The notes beneath the pieces were generated by a model. That model was not told the origin of the DNA and did no database searches. It saw only the letters and a list, made by a program, of their open reading frames with translations. Positions 22,401 through 37,400 of a stretch of DNA of 64,000 nt are shown here, piece by piece. The DNA comes from Yuukianura sp. NJ FZ-2021 (Eukaryota), in the NCBI GenBank assembly GCA_046563655.1, contig CM102290.1:13888001-13952000 (forward strand), given 5' to 3'. The first letter of the stretch is position 1; every line of letters starts with the position of its first letter. The translations under genes and the position numbers were made by a program.

Positions 22401-25400
22401 TCATCTCCGCGCATCTTCTTCCTTCCTACACCAAAAACCATTTCCAAAAAACTTTTATTTTGACGTCGCTCCGCTCCTTTTATCTAAATTACAGTTTCAT
22501 TCCTTCTCTCAACAGCCTTTGTCATTTTTAAAAAATTCAAAAAAGTTTGACATTTTTTGAAACTGAAATAAATCGGTTTTTAATAGTGCAACTACCGCCT
22601 AGTCCATTGTAAATTTGTTTATACAGTACATCTTCGCAAATCGAAACTTTACTATGCTTGGTTGGTTTGATTGGCGGCAAAATTTGTTTATACAGTATAT
22701 TCTCTCAAATTGGAACTCTTTGTGATTGGTCGGATTAATTGGCGCCAAAATTTGTTTATACAGTAGATTCTCTCGAATTGCAACTCTCTGTGATTGGTCA
22801 GATTGATTATCGCCATACCGTTAGCTTACGCATTACTTTTTTTTCAAGTTGAGCTCTCCGTCAAAACTTTAGATTTTACAGCATTTCGATGAGAAAAAAG
22901 TTGCAATTTGAGAGGATCCACTGTATATCAAAAACTTTTTTTTAGAATTTTGTTTTTGGCTTACAGTGAAGTGAGAGATTTGAGGTTCCGAAAAGCATCA
23001 ACGGAAATTTTCTGGATCTGATTGTTGCTGAGATCCCTGTAAAACAAAATCCAAAATTTGATTTTTTTTTCAAATCGTCAGCCTAGGAGATGTCAGTTTG
23101 GATTAACTGTGGACAGCACCAGCAAAAAAAGAAACTTTTAGCTAAGGGTGCCAAGGGAGGACCCCTTGGCCATCGTATCTTAAGGACCATAACGACAAGG
23201 CTCCAATATCTCTTACAGTCTGCGAAGACGCTTGTACGTAGAAAACGCTCCGGGAGGTATCTCCGTTATTTCGTTCTGTTCCAACCGCCTAAAAAAAGTA
23301 CACAAGAGTCATGAATTTTGGATCTTGCTGGAAGATCACTTTGAGATACTTGTCGAAGACAGGCTTTCAGATCATCGCCTTCTAAGCACAATAACAATAA
23401 AAATGATGGGGGAGAATAGTCATATTTCAGACACTGCTAAGTCCCCCTGTGTGAGGGACTTCAACTGGAAGATAAGTATCTGGTGAGGTCCTTAAGGCCA
23501 TCACCACTTCAATTCCCATAGGACACAACTATTTTGGAAAAAATGCTTACAGTTCGATAACATCCGCAGGAAGGGAGTCCGGAACGTGCCTGAGGGCGAG
23601 GTCACGACAGTCCACTACGCCATCAGCGCAGACGCAGGGATGAGGACATTCATCATCACCTCCACACTTGTTCCACGTCCGTTCAATTACACCTGAAATT
23701 TTGGAAATAACTTTTTGACTGATTTGAAAAATTCAATTTTAGAAAAATTCAAAAAAATGTGGGAGAATCCATCATTGTCCTAAAAAAACACAATTTGGGT
23801 GATCCGTGAGCTCATCCAAGGAAAATTGTTTTTCAAAGCCATGAAATATGAAATGGAAGCCTTTGCAGTGGAAATATTGAAATCGAAAACAGAAATAATG
23901 TTTGTGAGTTTTGTGGCTTTTGAGTTCAATTTTGAAAGTTCTAATGGTACGACATGTATTTCTCCTTTTCCAGTCCCATGAAGTGTTATGACCCATAAGC
24001 CTTTCTCCATTACAGTAGAACCTCTCATTGTGCAACTTTTTGCTCCGCTTCTCGAGAAGGTGAGATGCAGTAAAACTCAAATTTTTGGAGGATTTTAAGT
24101 TGTAAAAAACCAAAACGCTAGTCCAAATAGGGAGTTTGCGTTATAAATAATTTATAGATTTTATAGAATTTATTAAATTTATTAAGTCCCGCCTCTTTTC
24201 ACTCCCTGAAACTAATTTTATTACGGTTCCCGCGATTGGTCGATTTCAAATCTGTGACGTCATTTTCCAAACTTTTTTCATTTATGGAACTTATGAATCG
24301 TGTTTATAAATTTCGTAGATGTCAAACATTTACCCGCCCGAAATTCTATATTTTTTATAAATTCAATAAATTATTTATAACGCAAACTCTCTAATATCTC
24401 AGATTTGTAACAATTCAGAACCCGTACAGTAGCCGCCAAAACTCTTTTTTAAACCAACGAATCAGAGCGTGTTGCGAAACGAGAGGTTCTACTGTATTTG
24501 AAAAATGGAGAGAAGCCTGTAGAGCCTTTAGATGCTTTCAAGTACTTTTTGTGAGTGTGGTGTGTTGGGTTTCATCTCCAGAAAGTATTCAAGTATTCGG
24601 AAAGTGTAATGCCAACATTTAGGAGGATTAGGAATCAATAAACTTCCCATTATTCCCCTAACTTTCTCCTTGACGAAATGACTGGGGAAGGCTCATTCAG
24701 TTGTAGTGGCAGGAGAAGATGATCTCTTCCGAAGTGGGTTCAATTACAGACTGAATTCCAAAGGATAATAAGTGGAGTTGAAAGTGGTTCGAGTCCCACC
24801 CGTGGGTTCCACTCTTCTCTGATGGACTTGGAGTGTGGGTGAAAGCCTCATTCTGAATGAAAAGTGTCAAGAAGGCTCGTCTTCTCCAATTCCGTCTTCT
24901 CCTTTTGTGCTCAACGTTTTCTTCCCCTGCCTCCTTTGTTAAAAATTCTGCCGAGTCTCTTGTCCTGGTTTAATGCAATAAATAAAGGAACTGAGGGCAA
25001 TATCCGGACTTTCTCCATTTCCTTTCTCCGCAATCCACTGTCTCCACTCCACACTGTCACTCTAGTACCATGGATTCATTACCATCCTCCTCCTCCTCCT
25101 CCTCCTCCTCCTCCGAAATTTGAGGAGGAGGAGGATATAGCTCTCGAGCCCTCGAGGACAATCCATATCACACTAAAAACTAAACGTTGTTTACTTTTTA
25201 CTAAATTGGAGCAGTTTTTTGTTAGAAGAAAAAAAATGCCAAAATTCTTATTAAAAATTTTTTTTTGGAAGAGAAAGTCCAACAATTTACCCGCATTCAG
25301 AAAACTTTTTGAATTTTTTTTTGTGAAATTTTGAAAAGTCGTGAAATTTTGGAAGATTTGTGCAAATTGGTGTTCAAAGGACTCTTTGTTGTGGTTTTTG

Positions 25401-28400
25401 GAACTTGAAACCAAAGGTTGATGGTTTGATGTAACATTGTTTGGGAAATGCCAGGCACAGGAGACTGTTGCCACGAAGTGGGACCGGAGCCACCTAAAAT
25501 TGGAAGTTTGGAAGGAACTGCGGTCCATCATTATACTTTGTAGAGTAAGAAGACGCTGGAGATCCGCTTGAGGAGGGAAGATATGAATCCTGTGATGTGG
25601 CTCATTTGGTTCCACTATTGAATTTCAATAGAATGGAATACTAACAAGCCACAACACAGTGACTGGCAAGTCCAAAGGCTCCAGCCAGGAGCCAAGAACA
25701 GTTTTTAAAAAAAGGCCCAACTTTTCCTTGAAGCTGATAGCATGTCACGAATTGGGGATTTTGGCTCAGGCTCTATCAGATTCTGCCCTGGAGAGACGCG
25801 TCTTCTATCCACTTTTCAACTCAAGACCCACAAACACAAACTGAACCTGTCTTTTCAACAAAATGCCGCTAGAAACGTTTTTTTGAATTTTTTTTTCAAA
25901 AAAGTCGCTACTCTCACTGCTTCTCATGTATAGATTTCCTGTTCTCTTAAAAAAAGTCTGACTTCCAAAACTTTCCTTTTTGAAAAGACAAGCTCAAAGG
26001 GAAAGGAATTATGGTAAAAGCAAAAATTAGATTTTGATTTCGGAAAGTTTTGAGACCATTTTGATTTTTTTGAAAAAATGTCCTACTGTTGTAACTTGAG
26101 CCAACTTTTATCAACTTTCAAAATTTTGAACATATAAAAACTTGTTTCAAAATAAAGTGGATCGCTTTACTTGTTTGAGTGCCAAAGGTGCATCAGTGTA
26201 AATCGGCGTTACTCAAGTAGCGACAGCGAGTACACTATTTTTTCTGTACCTGAACATTTGAGTTCTGCTTCCTGAACTTCATCCAGCGTCTTGTCACGCA
26301 TGTGGTAAGGTGAGTTGCACTTGGCATTCGTAATGTACTTTGTAAACTTCCGTTGCCATCGCGACAGCCATGACAGATGACAGTCACAAATGAGTGGATT
26401 TTGACCAAGGGTCAACTGACGCAGTTTCGTCAATTCTTCAAACGCTTCTCTTCCAAGTGTAGTCAAATTGTTACTTTCCAAGGTCCTGCAGAATAGCATT
26501 TGTAAAAACAAAATTTAGAAATTAATTTTTAAATAATTTTGAAAAAATATTTTTTGTAATTTTGAAAAATTGAGTCTAGGTGACTTACAGGGCCTCGAGG
26601 TCCTTCAAGGGTCGGATTGAGCCTTCGTCAATACACGTCAAGTGATTATGGTCCAATAACCTACAGAGACAGAGTCATTACACACGGTGGAATGAAGAGA
26701 TAAGTGTAGGAGATAGTTTATCGAGCCCTTAAGTGCCTGTTAAACGCCCTTAACTTACAATGTTCGAAGAGACGTTGGGCCTAGAAGGGACCGCTTCCGT
26801 ATGACACTCAATTGGTTATGGCTCAAATCCCTACATTCAAAAAAACACAAAAGATTGAACTTTCAGAAAACCAAAATTCACTAAAACTTTTGAAGAAATC
26901 ACAATTCATGTAAAAACTTTTGAAAAACCTAAATTCACGTAGAAACTTTCAAAAAATGAAAATTCGGTTGAAAACTTTTAAAAACGAACTTTCGCTTAAA
27001 AATTCTTAAAATTTATAGGAACCTGTAAGTTTAAAACCAGAATGTGTTAAAAATTGACTCTCAAGTATATTTCTCTGCCTAGTCAGTGACCAATCGCCTG
27101 TCTTGACGGACAGTCTAAAGATTGAATCAGAATAAATTAATCCTTTTAGCACGTTCCGACTCCAAATTGTTTTTTGAACCTTCCGTGCTTTGTTGCAGTA
27201 GAAATCAACTCTGCTGAATTTTAAATCATCATGTCACTTGGTCATTTATCAATCCAAAAACCTTCTATTCAAATGCAACTTGATACATACTTGATGCATT
27301 CTCATACTCAACTTGTGTTCTCTAAAAACTTGTTTAAAAACATAACAAGACACTTCTGGACGCTCACTTGTGCACCGTCATTCTTATCTACGGTCACTTA
27401 TGCACGGCGACCTGTAGGTTAGAATTGACTATGCTCTGTGTGTTCGTAAGAAACCGTACATTAAAATAGCGGTTCATAAGTTACCGCCCGCGAGAGCCAG
27501 AGAACCGTTAAAATTTTTTTATATTAAACTGAAGTGTCGCTACTGATTAGTTGACCACCGAGGATTCAAACTTAAGCTTTTGAACTCAAACTTTCAAACT
27601 TTTGACTCTTTTTCAAAGAATCTGCCCTTCAGAGATGAAAAATGAAAAGTAAAAAACTAGAGAGTGAGAAAACTGGTTGACAAACGGTTGGCATCGTTTA
27701 TTTGTACACAGCTTGTGCAACAATGTGGATTTTTGGTGTTCGTGAGCCCTTCTAAAGGGAAAGGGATCAAGGGAACAATTCCTGTTTTAAAAATTTAAAA
27801 AACTGTGCTGGTGCTGTAGTTTATGAAGGTACCCTTAAGGGTACACACCAAAGAATGATTTAAGCATGAATCTTTTTTTTAAATTTAAAAAAAAATGAGT
27901 TCCGTTGAAACTCCGAGTTGCTTTAATCCTTCTGGGACTGTTGGAGGAATCTCTGTGGAATGCACATCTTCTCCTCCCATTTCTTGTGGACCAAACATGA
28001 AATGATCTCAGTGAGACATGAAAAATCACGACCGAATCTGGTACTACGCTCGTACTTTTTTACGCACACCTCTAATAACTTGGACTACAAACGAGCTCAA
28101 ATGGATTACAGTCAACGCCCTTGTTTCCACATGTAAAACACACTCGCACCATATCTCTACGTGTGAAAGCAGGAGAAAGTAAAGGAGAATAGAAATGGCA
28201 ATGTTTTTGAGCAGTGCAAACAAATCTAAAGAATCAGCCAATCAGAGAAGCGGATTCTGCATGATCCAATTCTCATGCTACCCTCATTCATTTTCTATTG
28301 ACATTTTGTGCAAACTGATTTTCCTGGTCTCGTTTACCGTAAAACTTCAAATAATCACCCAGACGTCCATCAATATGTCAACTTTTACCGCCGAGGTTTA

Positions 28401-31400
28401 TAGAGACCCGGCGTTTATTTGAAGTTTTACGGTAATTTCGAATTTGTACGGTAAAAACAGGACCGTTAGTGTCTAAATCTGTGGGAAACAAAACGACACA
28501 AGATGAAATTGGACACCAGAATGAACTTGGAGCCGAGAATCTCGTGTTTTTGGGTTAGCTGGGTTATGACCCCAGTTCTAAAGGTTGCGTGTTGCAGGGG
28601 AGTCCGTGTTCCTAATAATGGCTGCTGTGGTTAAAAACCGGGAGATTTAGTGCTACCTAATATGGACCTGTATCCATCTCTCCTGTCACTGGAAACGACT
28701 ACTTCTTTGGCATAATGAGATCCGAGACCGAAGGGGGAGGGGCCCTTCACCATAACCCCCCCCCCCCTACCACCATCAACAACAATGAAATGCAAGATGA
28801 GCTCAAGTATTCCAGGAATGTAGGATTCTACCTCAACAGAATAGGTTGCCTAAGATGTCATCTTCATTTGTTCAGCCATTTGAATGGGTACAATTTGTTC
28901 TCGCCTGATTACTTCAACCATCTTTATACTCAGAATCTACCATGGTGGTAGCACGTACAAAATTAAATTAGTAGGCACAATTTAAGAATTGGCGGGCTTT
29001 CTCCATGTACTTTCTCTCGGTAGAATGGAAATGGAAAGTTTTGAATTGGGAGCCATTTGAAAGACTAGGCGGGAGTAACAGGCTGGAGCGAAATCAATCC
29101 TGACTTGGTGACGAAATGTAAATCTAAGCTTTAACTCTTCTGGAACAAACAGTCTGAATTCTGAAAGCTATTTTGTTGCTGAAAGTGTAAATTGGACAAT
29201 GTAAAAAGTTTGGTCGTGCCTTTATTTGGTTAAAAACAAAAGGGAGAAGGTACGTGCCGCGAATTGTGAAGGCGCATGACCTCAGCCGCCGTGGGATCTT
29301 AACTCATTTGCCAAAGGAAAAACAAATAGCGGACGTCGGCAGCAATTTTCAATCGTTTTTTGTTCTAACTTTCCTTCTGGATGTTTTTTTTTAGAGAAAC
29401 AAAATACGACGATGCTCAAGTATTGAGCACAGGTCTTCTGGAGACGTTAACTGAAGTAGAGTGAAGTGCACTGTAAGCGGATACATAGTGTTGCGTGTGC
29501 TTGACGTTTCGTCCAGTGGATCTCCAGTTGATAATATATTTCATCCAGTTTTATCCGGGGGAAATGGCTGGATAAAATGGATATAAGTGGATACTACGTC
29601 CTATTTCGTTGTAGGTGGAAGAAATATTTTATCCATCCAGCAACACTGCGGATACATAACCCCCTGACTGCGATGGAGGTTATGTTTCAGTGCACTAGGT
29701 CCTAAACACGCGACAGACAAAAGGACAGACAGACAGACAAAGTCGTATCAACGGTATTTTTTAGAAGAATAAAAAGTAGAGTGGCTCCCACACGCCGATT
29801 TAAAGTTGAACAGGGAAAATGGAGCCCTTAATCAGCGTCTGGAATCGGACGTCAATCACGCCCTTCTTGTTTGAGCTCTTAAAATTCTAAGCTGTCAATT
29901 CAAATGGATAATTTTTAAGGGGAAAGGTTGCACTTCTAAAGGAACTTATGACTTTACAAGGTCATCTTAAACTATGCTCGTTCAACTTGAAACTACACGT
30001 AAACAATTACTAGGAACGCACTCCGCCTTTTCCAATACAAAACGTTTTTAAACCAGAAACCTCTTTGTCAAAATCAGTTTCAAATTTTAAAAAAATTCAA
30101 TCCACAATACATTTTCTGTTTCCCTTTTTTTGTAGTTTTTGATAAGAAAGTTATGCTGTTACTGGTGGACTAAAAAATGCAAATAAGTTTACTTCAACTT
30201 TTTTGTTTTCGTAAACAATGTTTTGCAAATTTGATGTACAGCTTTTTAAAAATTTGCAAACAAATATGCAAAAACTTTCGCAAACTACTCATGTTTGCAG
30301 AGGCGTCTGATGATGACATTACAGAAGGTGATTTCTGGTTAGATTAAACCGAGACTAGCATTCTCGTTAGCCCAAATGTCAATTTCCTAATCCCGTTACT
30401 CAAGTAATGCCTCCTTTCACTTTCCGTGCTTCTCCAGGGATGACGACATCATTAGAATTCTGGTTCTGATGGAACTCCAGGAGTCACAACGTGAAATGAC
30501 AAAGGTATGCTGGAAAGAGATTCCAGGTAAGAAAATCCATCACATCAAAATCCAATGTATAAATTAGGCATCCAAATCCCCATACAAATCCAAATGCGAA
30601 TTTCAAATTCCAAGACCAGCATCTCCAGCATCCAGCATCCAGCAGCTCCATCAACTGGAATGCTTTCCCTGTGGACTCCCCGGATCCAGTCTCTTATTAT
30701 CAAATCTTCTTTATTTATTATCCTCCTTTCTCCGCCACTGAACATCCAATCCTTTTGAATCAACCAATCACAGCCAAGGAAAAACCAACATTCTCGGAAA
30801 CATCATACGAATGCTTGCAAGTATCGCAAAATTTGAAAAAACCAACACTGCAGAACATGCTTGAGTGAAAGCTTTGGAAAAACCAAACCTTAAAGTTTTA
30901 TACCATCCGGCTGAAAGTTACCTCCAGAGGCAAGGTTCTTAACCAAAAAAATGTTTTTTCTCCAGGTCGTCCAGTAACGCATTAAAAATTTGAAAAACTT
31001 TCTTCCTATGGTAATTATTTTCATGTAACGCATTGGCGTTGGAGGGAAATTAGAGGAAAAAATTATTTGAAGCAAAATTTTTACAACCCCCGAGTTATTA
31101 GACAACCTGCTGTAGGAAATACCATTCGGTTGTCAAAGAACCTTGCCCAGAGGCGTAAGAAAAAGTGCGAAATGTGACAAAAAATTGACATTTCGCACAT
31201 TCTTTACTTACATTGAAAAAAAGAATTGCCAGATTCTCAAAACTTACATTTTGCAAAATAAAAAAAGGTGTCAATAATATGACAGAATGAAATTTCCAGA
31301 CTTTTTTAGAGTAAACTTTTGCAGTTAAGCTGAACTTATGGAAGCGTTGAACTCAAACACGGTTGAATTTTGAGAAAAGTCGATATGGTGTGAGCCAATC

Positions 31401-34400
31401 ACGTTGATTGCTGCACCAGAAAAGTTAATCACGGTAACTGAGTAATTAAAGGTGTTGATTAGACCTGCAGCAATTAAGCTCTCCTTTGTTTAGCACACAA
31501 AATGGACTTCCACTGGGACAGCGTGTGAAGGAAGCCATGCAACTTTAATCGTGTTCTAGGTGTGAATCGATACGAAAACGTCCATTGTCATAAAGAGATC
31601 AAATCACACTCTGCCACACCTCGAGCCTAAAACGCCTATGCATCACATTTCAGTTTCAACACAAAATAAAAAGCACAATGGCCTATTTTTTTAAATTTCT
31701 GAAATTGAGCCATCAGTTTCAAAAATTAAAAATTGTGAATCCTTAGAAACCGAAGATTTTATGACTTTCAACCTTCATTTTCTCCTCGACTCAGTTCGAG
31801 AGATCATCAGAGAATATCAGCAGCCTCTTTTAAGAAATGGGCCATTACGTTGAAATAGTTTTGATTTCAATGGTCACATGACAGTTTAAGTGCTTAAATT
31901 GATCGATGTAACTTCTACTGTCCAGAGAGATAGTTTTGTTCTGCCCAGAATTTGAATTTCCAAGAGCATTTTGAGGAATTTTGTGCTTTCTGGAGCAAAT
32001 AATAGAAGTCGTTGACTTTATGGCTCCTCCTAAGCCTCTTTCCCAATTGTTCCAAAAGACAAGCCCTTAAGTGCTTGACAATGATACAGTTCCAATCCGC
32101 TCACAATTTAGGAACAGGGACCTTATTGCGTTGTGCCAACTTTTGATTTGAAGAAGGTCCTTAAGTCCTCCACGCCTTAATAATCCTTTTAATTGAGCAA
32201 ATTCCTTCTCAGAGTTCCCTTGCCATTGCTCAGAAAGAATTGATCCGAAAATAGTATTGTATACTAATCTGGCGTTGTAACCTAAACATTCATGTGGATT
32301 ATTCAGTTTCGGAGGAAGTGTTTCAGAGGAATCTACTTTTCGGAGCAATTGGTTTCGTGGCAATTCATTCGGAAGAATGGCGTGCTGCTTCTGCTCTGCT
32401 GCCAGAGACAAGACACTAGTATAATATCCTGTACAATCCTGAGTGTCAATAACCTTATGAGGAAATTAGGCTACGAGGAGCCACTTTTCAAGGACTTTTA
32501 TTAACATTTTATAATACAAGGCCTAAGTATTGGAAACGTGAAAAGTTCTTTGAGAATCAACAGCTCTCAAACAGCCTGGGGCCATTTGGAGCCTATTTTT
32601 ACCTAAGCTCTACTTTTTCCTTTAGTATAGAAACTAAATTCCGTTAAAAAAATTGAGGAAAATTTGCAACACTGTCATTTTGGTTTCAAATGTTTTCGGG
32701 AAACGTGAGAGAGGAATTTTTTTCTCAATTTGAGTGGATTGAGGAAAAAAAAATCGGCCTTTTTTTGTAATTTATGAAATTGGCCTCCAATCTTGTGTGC
32801 CGAACGAAACTGCTGGCAAATTTGGTTTTCATTTGAGCCAGTACAGGAACAATAATATTCCAATTAGCCAAAACGTGGTGAAACAATTTTTGGTAATAGA
32901 TTGGATCTGCGTGATTACAAAGACGATTTCATGTCATAATTGTACTGGAATAAACTTAGGTAGAGTAAAAACGTTAACCCCTATTTGTGAAACAACGAAC
33001 TATCAAACAATTATGGTTATCAACCGAGTCAATTACTGCCATCGGACAGCCAGACAGACAGACAGACAAGGTCAAACCATAAAGTTGCTTTGGCTAGTTA
33101 ATAATTGACCTCTGAAGAAAACACGGAATAGGAAGTAGAAGCAAGTGTATTTTTTCTTAACATTACGGGCATGGAAACTAAATATGTTTGACATGCCTGT
33201 ATGGACCCAGTGACGGAACAAGATCTCATTTGATTTACAATACAAAGTGCTCCATCCCCTCTATGTCCAGTAGAACAGTTGTAAATTGTTTTAAAATCCG
33301 AAAATTGTGGACGTGGGTTGTAAACTAATGTGTTTAGGAGAAACCCACCCCTTCATTGTTTTCATTGTTGGAGGTTAAGGGTTATGGGCGCTGGACTTCC
33401 ATTTTGAAACAGATCATCATTCCACAAGAGGTCATTCGTATTCTGGACCAGTCACTGGACTAAAGTCGTCGTTCCATTTACCAACTCCGTTCAATCTCAT
33501 GTTTACAACGGAAGCTTTTTCGAATGCGTCGGTGTTTCAATTTTCCAGAATTTTCTGCAAAGTTCACCAAACTGGTTTCGTGTGTTGCAAAAAAAAAAGA
33601 GTAGGAAAGAAAATTATAAGATCTTCAACCAATTTTGAATCATTTATGGAGATGATTAATGTTGCAGACCCACCGTTTTCAACAAACTTTTGCATAAATT
33701 TTGGAATTTGACGTGAAGTAAGCTTTAAAATGCTTCCGAAATTCTAGTTTTCCAAGCCTTATTTTGTCCAAGTTGCATAAACTTTGACCTACAACGAGGT
33801 CAACTGGGTGCCAATGTTCTGACGATTGAAATCGTTTGTTCCAGCCCAGTAATTTGCCATTTTGAATTCCAATGGAAGCAGTACATTGGGCCCAAAATTA
33901 CTTTAATGGCGCTAAAAGAGACTTTTGAAATCCAAATTGCTCTCAATTCTCCCATTGTTATTAGTTTTTTTGGGTTTAAGTGGTGCACATGAGAGTAGTA
34001 AGGGAAAGTGATCTCTCGTTCCCATGTGGAAGATGAAGAAATGAGAAGAGAGTAGGCGGAATTTGAATCCAATTGGTTCGGAATGGGGATTGGAGTGCGT
34101 GTGGTGGATCTGAGAGATGATCGCTGGAATATCAATTATTGTTCGATTGCCTTCTTCCCTGTGGGATCCTAATGGCCAATCTCCTTTGGATCTTGTTTGT
34201 TTGAAGGCCTTAATAGAGACACGTTGTAACAAAATGGTTGGAGGGACTCCTACGGACAAAACGTTATTCATCCGCTCCAAAAAAATAAACGGCTATACAA
34301 AAAGTGTGAGAAAGTAGCGACGTTTGAGACTGCGCTGAGGATCAGCTGCTCTGGCACACCATGCACAGCATATCGGCAAATCATGGTGAAGAGTGTTGCT

Positions 34401-37400
34401 GGATATCCACTTTTTTAGTATTTCGTGCAGGTTATATCCACTGGATAAATAGATAAATCCGGATAAAATCCAGCTTCCGATGGACGAAATTGAGTTTCGT
34501 CCGGAAGAAACCAATAAAATCCGGATATATCCAGCACTTTCGAGGAGAGTGGAAGAAATATTTTATCCATCCAGCAACACTGATGGTGAACCATAATAGG
34601 AGTTCACAGACAGACAGACAGACAGACAAAGTCAAACTATAAACTAGCTTCACCAAGTTAATAAAAATAAGTAGACTTGTCTTTTGCCTAAATGGATTCC
34701 CAAGGGCCACTCCCCTTTGACCCTAGCCTTTAATGACTCTTCAATAAAATGCCAAGCAATATACAAAAAAACACAGCTTAAGCACTGACAAACTACCAGT
34801 ATTCTAGCTTCGTATAAAATCTTCAATTCCCTTTGCATATCCATTCAAATTTTTTTTTTAAATCAAAAGAAAAAGAGGGTGTGACCCTAGGAGGCAATTT
34901 CAAAATTTTTACAAACGTTGTTTCCATTTCATTCATTTCGGAAGTTTCAAGTTTTCCAGATCCGCCACTTTCGTTCTCAAAATTTTTTTATACCCGTGTT
35001 TTTTTTTCTTTTTTTCAGTTCGTTTCGTACATCCCAAAATGCATGCAACTTCAAAAGAGAAGGAAATTGAACTTTTAAAAACTTAGAAAATGAGTTTACA
35101 AGCTTTCATTTTTTCTGGAACAAGTCAAGCACGAGCTTTAAAAAAAAGTGTGAAGCTTTTTGCATTTCCTCTGGAAATTAAGTCCCACTTAACGATACAG
35201 TGTGTCCCACACCAACTTGACAGCAAATCGCCATGTTCAACGTTGAACTTGAGATTTGACTGGCAGATGGAACATTTACATTCTGTGAAAAAACGAATGC
35301 AAATGATACAGAAAAGACAGGCATGAAGAGACTAGTGCTTGCCTGGCACTTTCAAAAGTCAAAGGAGTGGCAGTGAAGGCGGTAAAATCCAAAAGCCAAA
35401 AAATTAAAAAAAAAGTTTTAGAACTTTTGTTTAGAAAAAAAAACGAGCTGCAGTCCAAAGATGGTTGAATAAAAGGAAGTTTTTATGGAAGTGAGTGGAT
35501 GGTTTTTAAGTCGCAAAGTAACAAAATGTAAGCGGACTGTCATGAAAAATAACAACGTAGAAGAGACTGCATAATAATATAATAAAATGGTAATGCATGC
35601 ATGATTTCTTACAACAGTCAAGTGTTTTAAGGTGTTGTGTGAACATGTCAAAGTACACAGGAAAAAAAAGTAAAAGCAAATTTTCAGTTTTAAAAGTTGC
35701 CAAAAAATGAAGAGTGTTTGGCGTGGCAAGATTGGCTAAAGGGCTGAAGACGTGCAATTACAAGGCTCTTGTTTAAAACAATTGTACGGAGAATGATGAA
35801 TGATGATTTGGGGAATATTGAATGAGTTGCGCAGTAGTAATTAGAAGAATAGGTTCTACAATGGAGGTCTAAAGACTCATGGTTAAAGGTAGGCGGCAAC
35901 TAATAAGTCATTTTTGGTTGGCAGTGAGCATCCTTAAGCTACTTTTTGCATTAACCACAACAATTGATCACGATTTGCACGTCATGATAATAATACTGGT
36001 TTTTGCATTTCAGAATCTTGTTCAATAACGATGAAAAAAAACTTCGAATTTGCTTTTCCAGCATTCGAGCGAATTCATTTATTAATTCGGATCCATTTGA
36101 ATTGGATTTATTAAGGAAAAAGCTACTTTATCGTTTGACCTTGTCTGTCTGTCTGTCTGGCCGTCCGCAGCAATTGTGTCGGAAATGCTTGTTTCAGGTC
36201 AAAGGTCAACTTTTTTTTTATTTTTAGTCATTATGGTTAATTAGTTCGTTATCATTAGTCATGATTCGCCGGTGTGAACCACCGTTCGCTAATGCAGCGA
36301 ATATCTTTCGCTACTTTTGTACTTTTGATTTAATTTAAAACTGTTTTTTTTTACATTCACTTTGTTCCTGAACTACTTCTTGAGCACGTTTAGTTCCAGA
36401 ATGAGAAAATCAAAAATATGAAAAATCAGTCAGAAACTGTAGTTTTGCAACAGGTTCTGAAAAAATTATAGAATCTTGTAGTGACGATTTGAAAAAATGC
36501 AAGAGTTTTAAATTTCGTTGATTTTTTTGAGATAAGCTTAAATGAATTAATGCAACACCCAACCAGTGTTTACTTTTGTGTTTCTGGACACCGCTGGTGC
36601 CGATGGTGGGGGTTTGAGCAATCAATTTCCCCAAGAAGTCAAAGTCCTTATCGGACCTAAGCTCTCCACCATAGGAATGCATGGAGAAAGCCTTCTTACA
36701 TAATTCTCCCATTGTAATGTCCAGATCCTATCTAGCACAGACCCACCCACGCCACCATGGCATTTGTAGTGACCAACTTTATGTAAGACATCACGGCAGA
36801 GGCAGTTCCACACAAATCCAGAAACATGGCTCTGCACGCGCTTCACTTGAAACGTCGCTTCGGATTACTGCGCCTCTCTTTTCTTTTGTTTCCTTCTCCC
36901 AAGTATTCTCAGCCCATAAAGACGGGAAGGGGGCAGGAGTCGTTTAGAGTTCTGTGCCCTTATCGGGTCAACTTCTATTTACATTAGGACAAGTAAACAA
37001 ACACGGACAAACTAACTGCGTCCCAAACTAAGTTTAAGGGCCCCCTAACTGTAGGGGGCCCTTCAACCCCCACAAACTTGGACAATCTTTCTGTCACGAC
37101 TACATTCGACCCCAGAGCCAATCCGTGTCATAACTCCCTTCTCGTACTAATTTCCTTAACAAAAACATTTCAAAATTTCGAAAACAATTTCAACCGAAAA
37201 AGTAGAAGCTACGAGAACAGAAAAATTTCACGTCATTAAATTGAAATCAAAGATTTTTTCTTCTATCGTAGCAATATTTCCTCCACGATTAGAATTTAGA
37301 AGAAAAGACAAACAAAATTAGTTTTTTTTTGAAATATTTTTTTTTTTTGAATTTTTGATTTTTTGGAAAACTTACAGTTTGTTGAGGTTTGGGCTGTTGG

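Noticed and set aside
24864..25615. ORFs of 156 and 178 aa with poly-Pro or poly-Gly
   Set aside because: They are intronic, low-complexity and microsatellite-derived, with no domain or splice support.
30430..30480. Possible C/D box snoRNA (atgacga...ctga with a short terminal stem)
   Set aside because: It is too short, has an imperfect C box and is antisense to the host gene.
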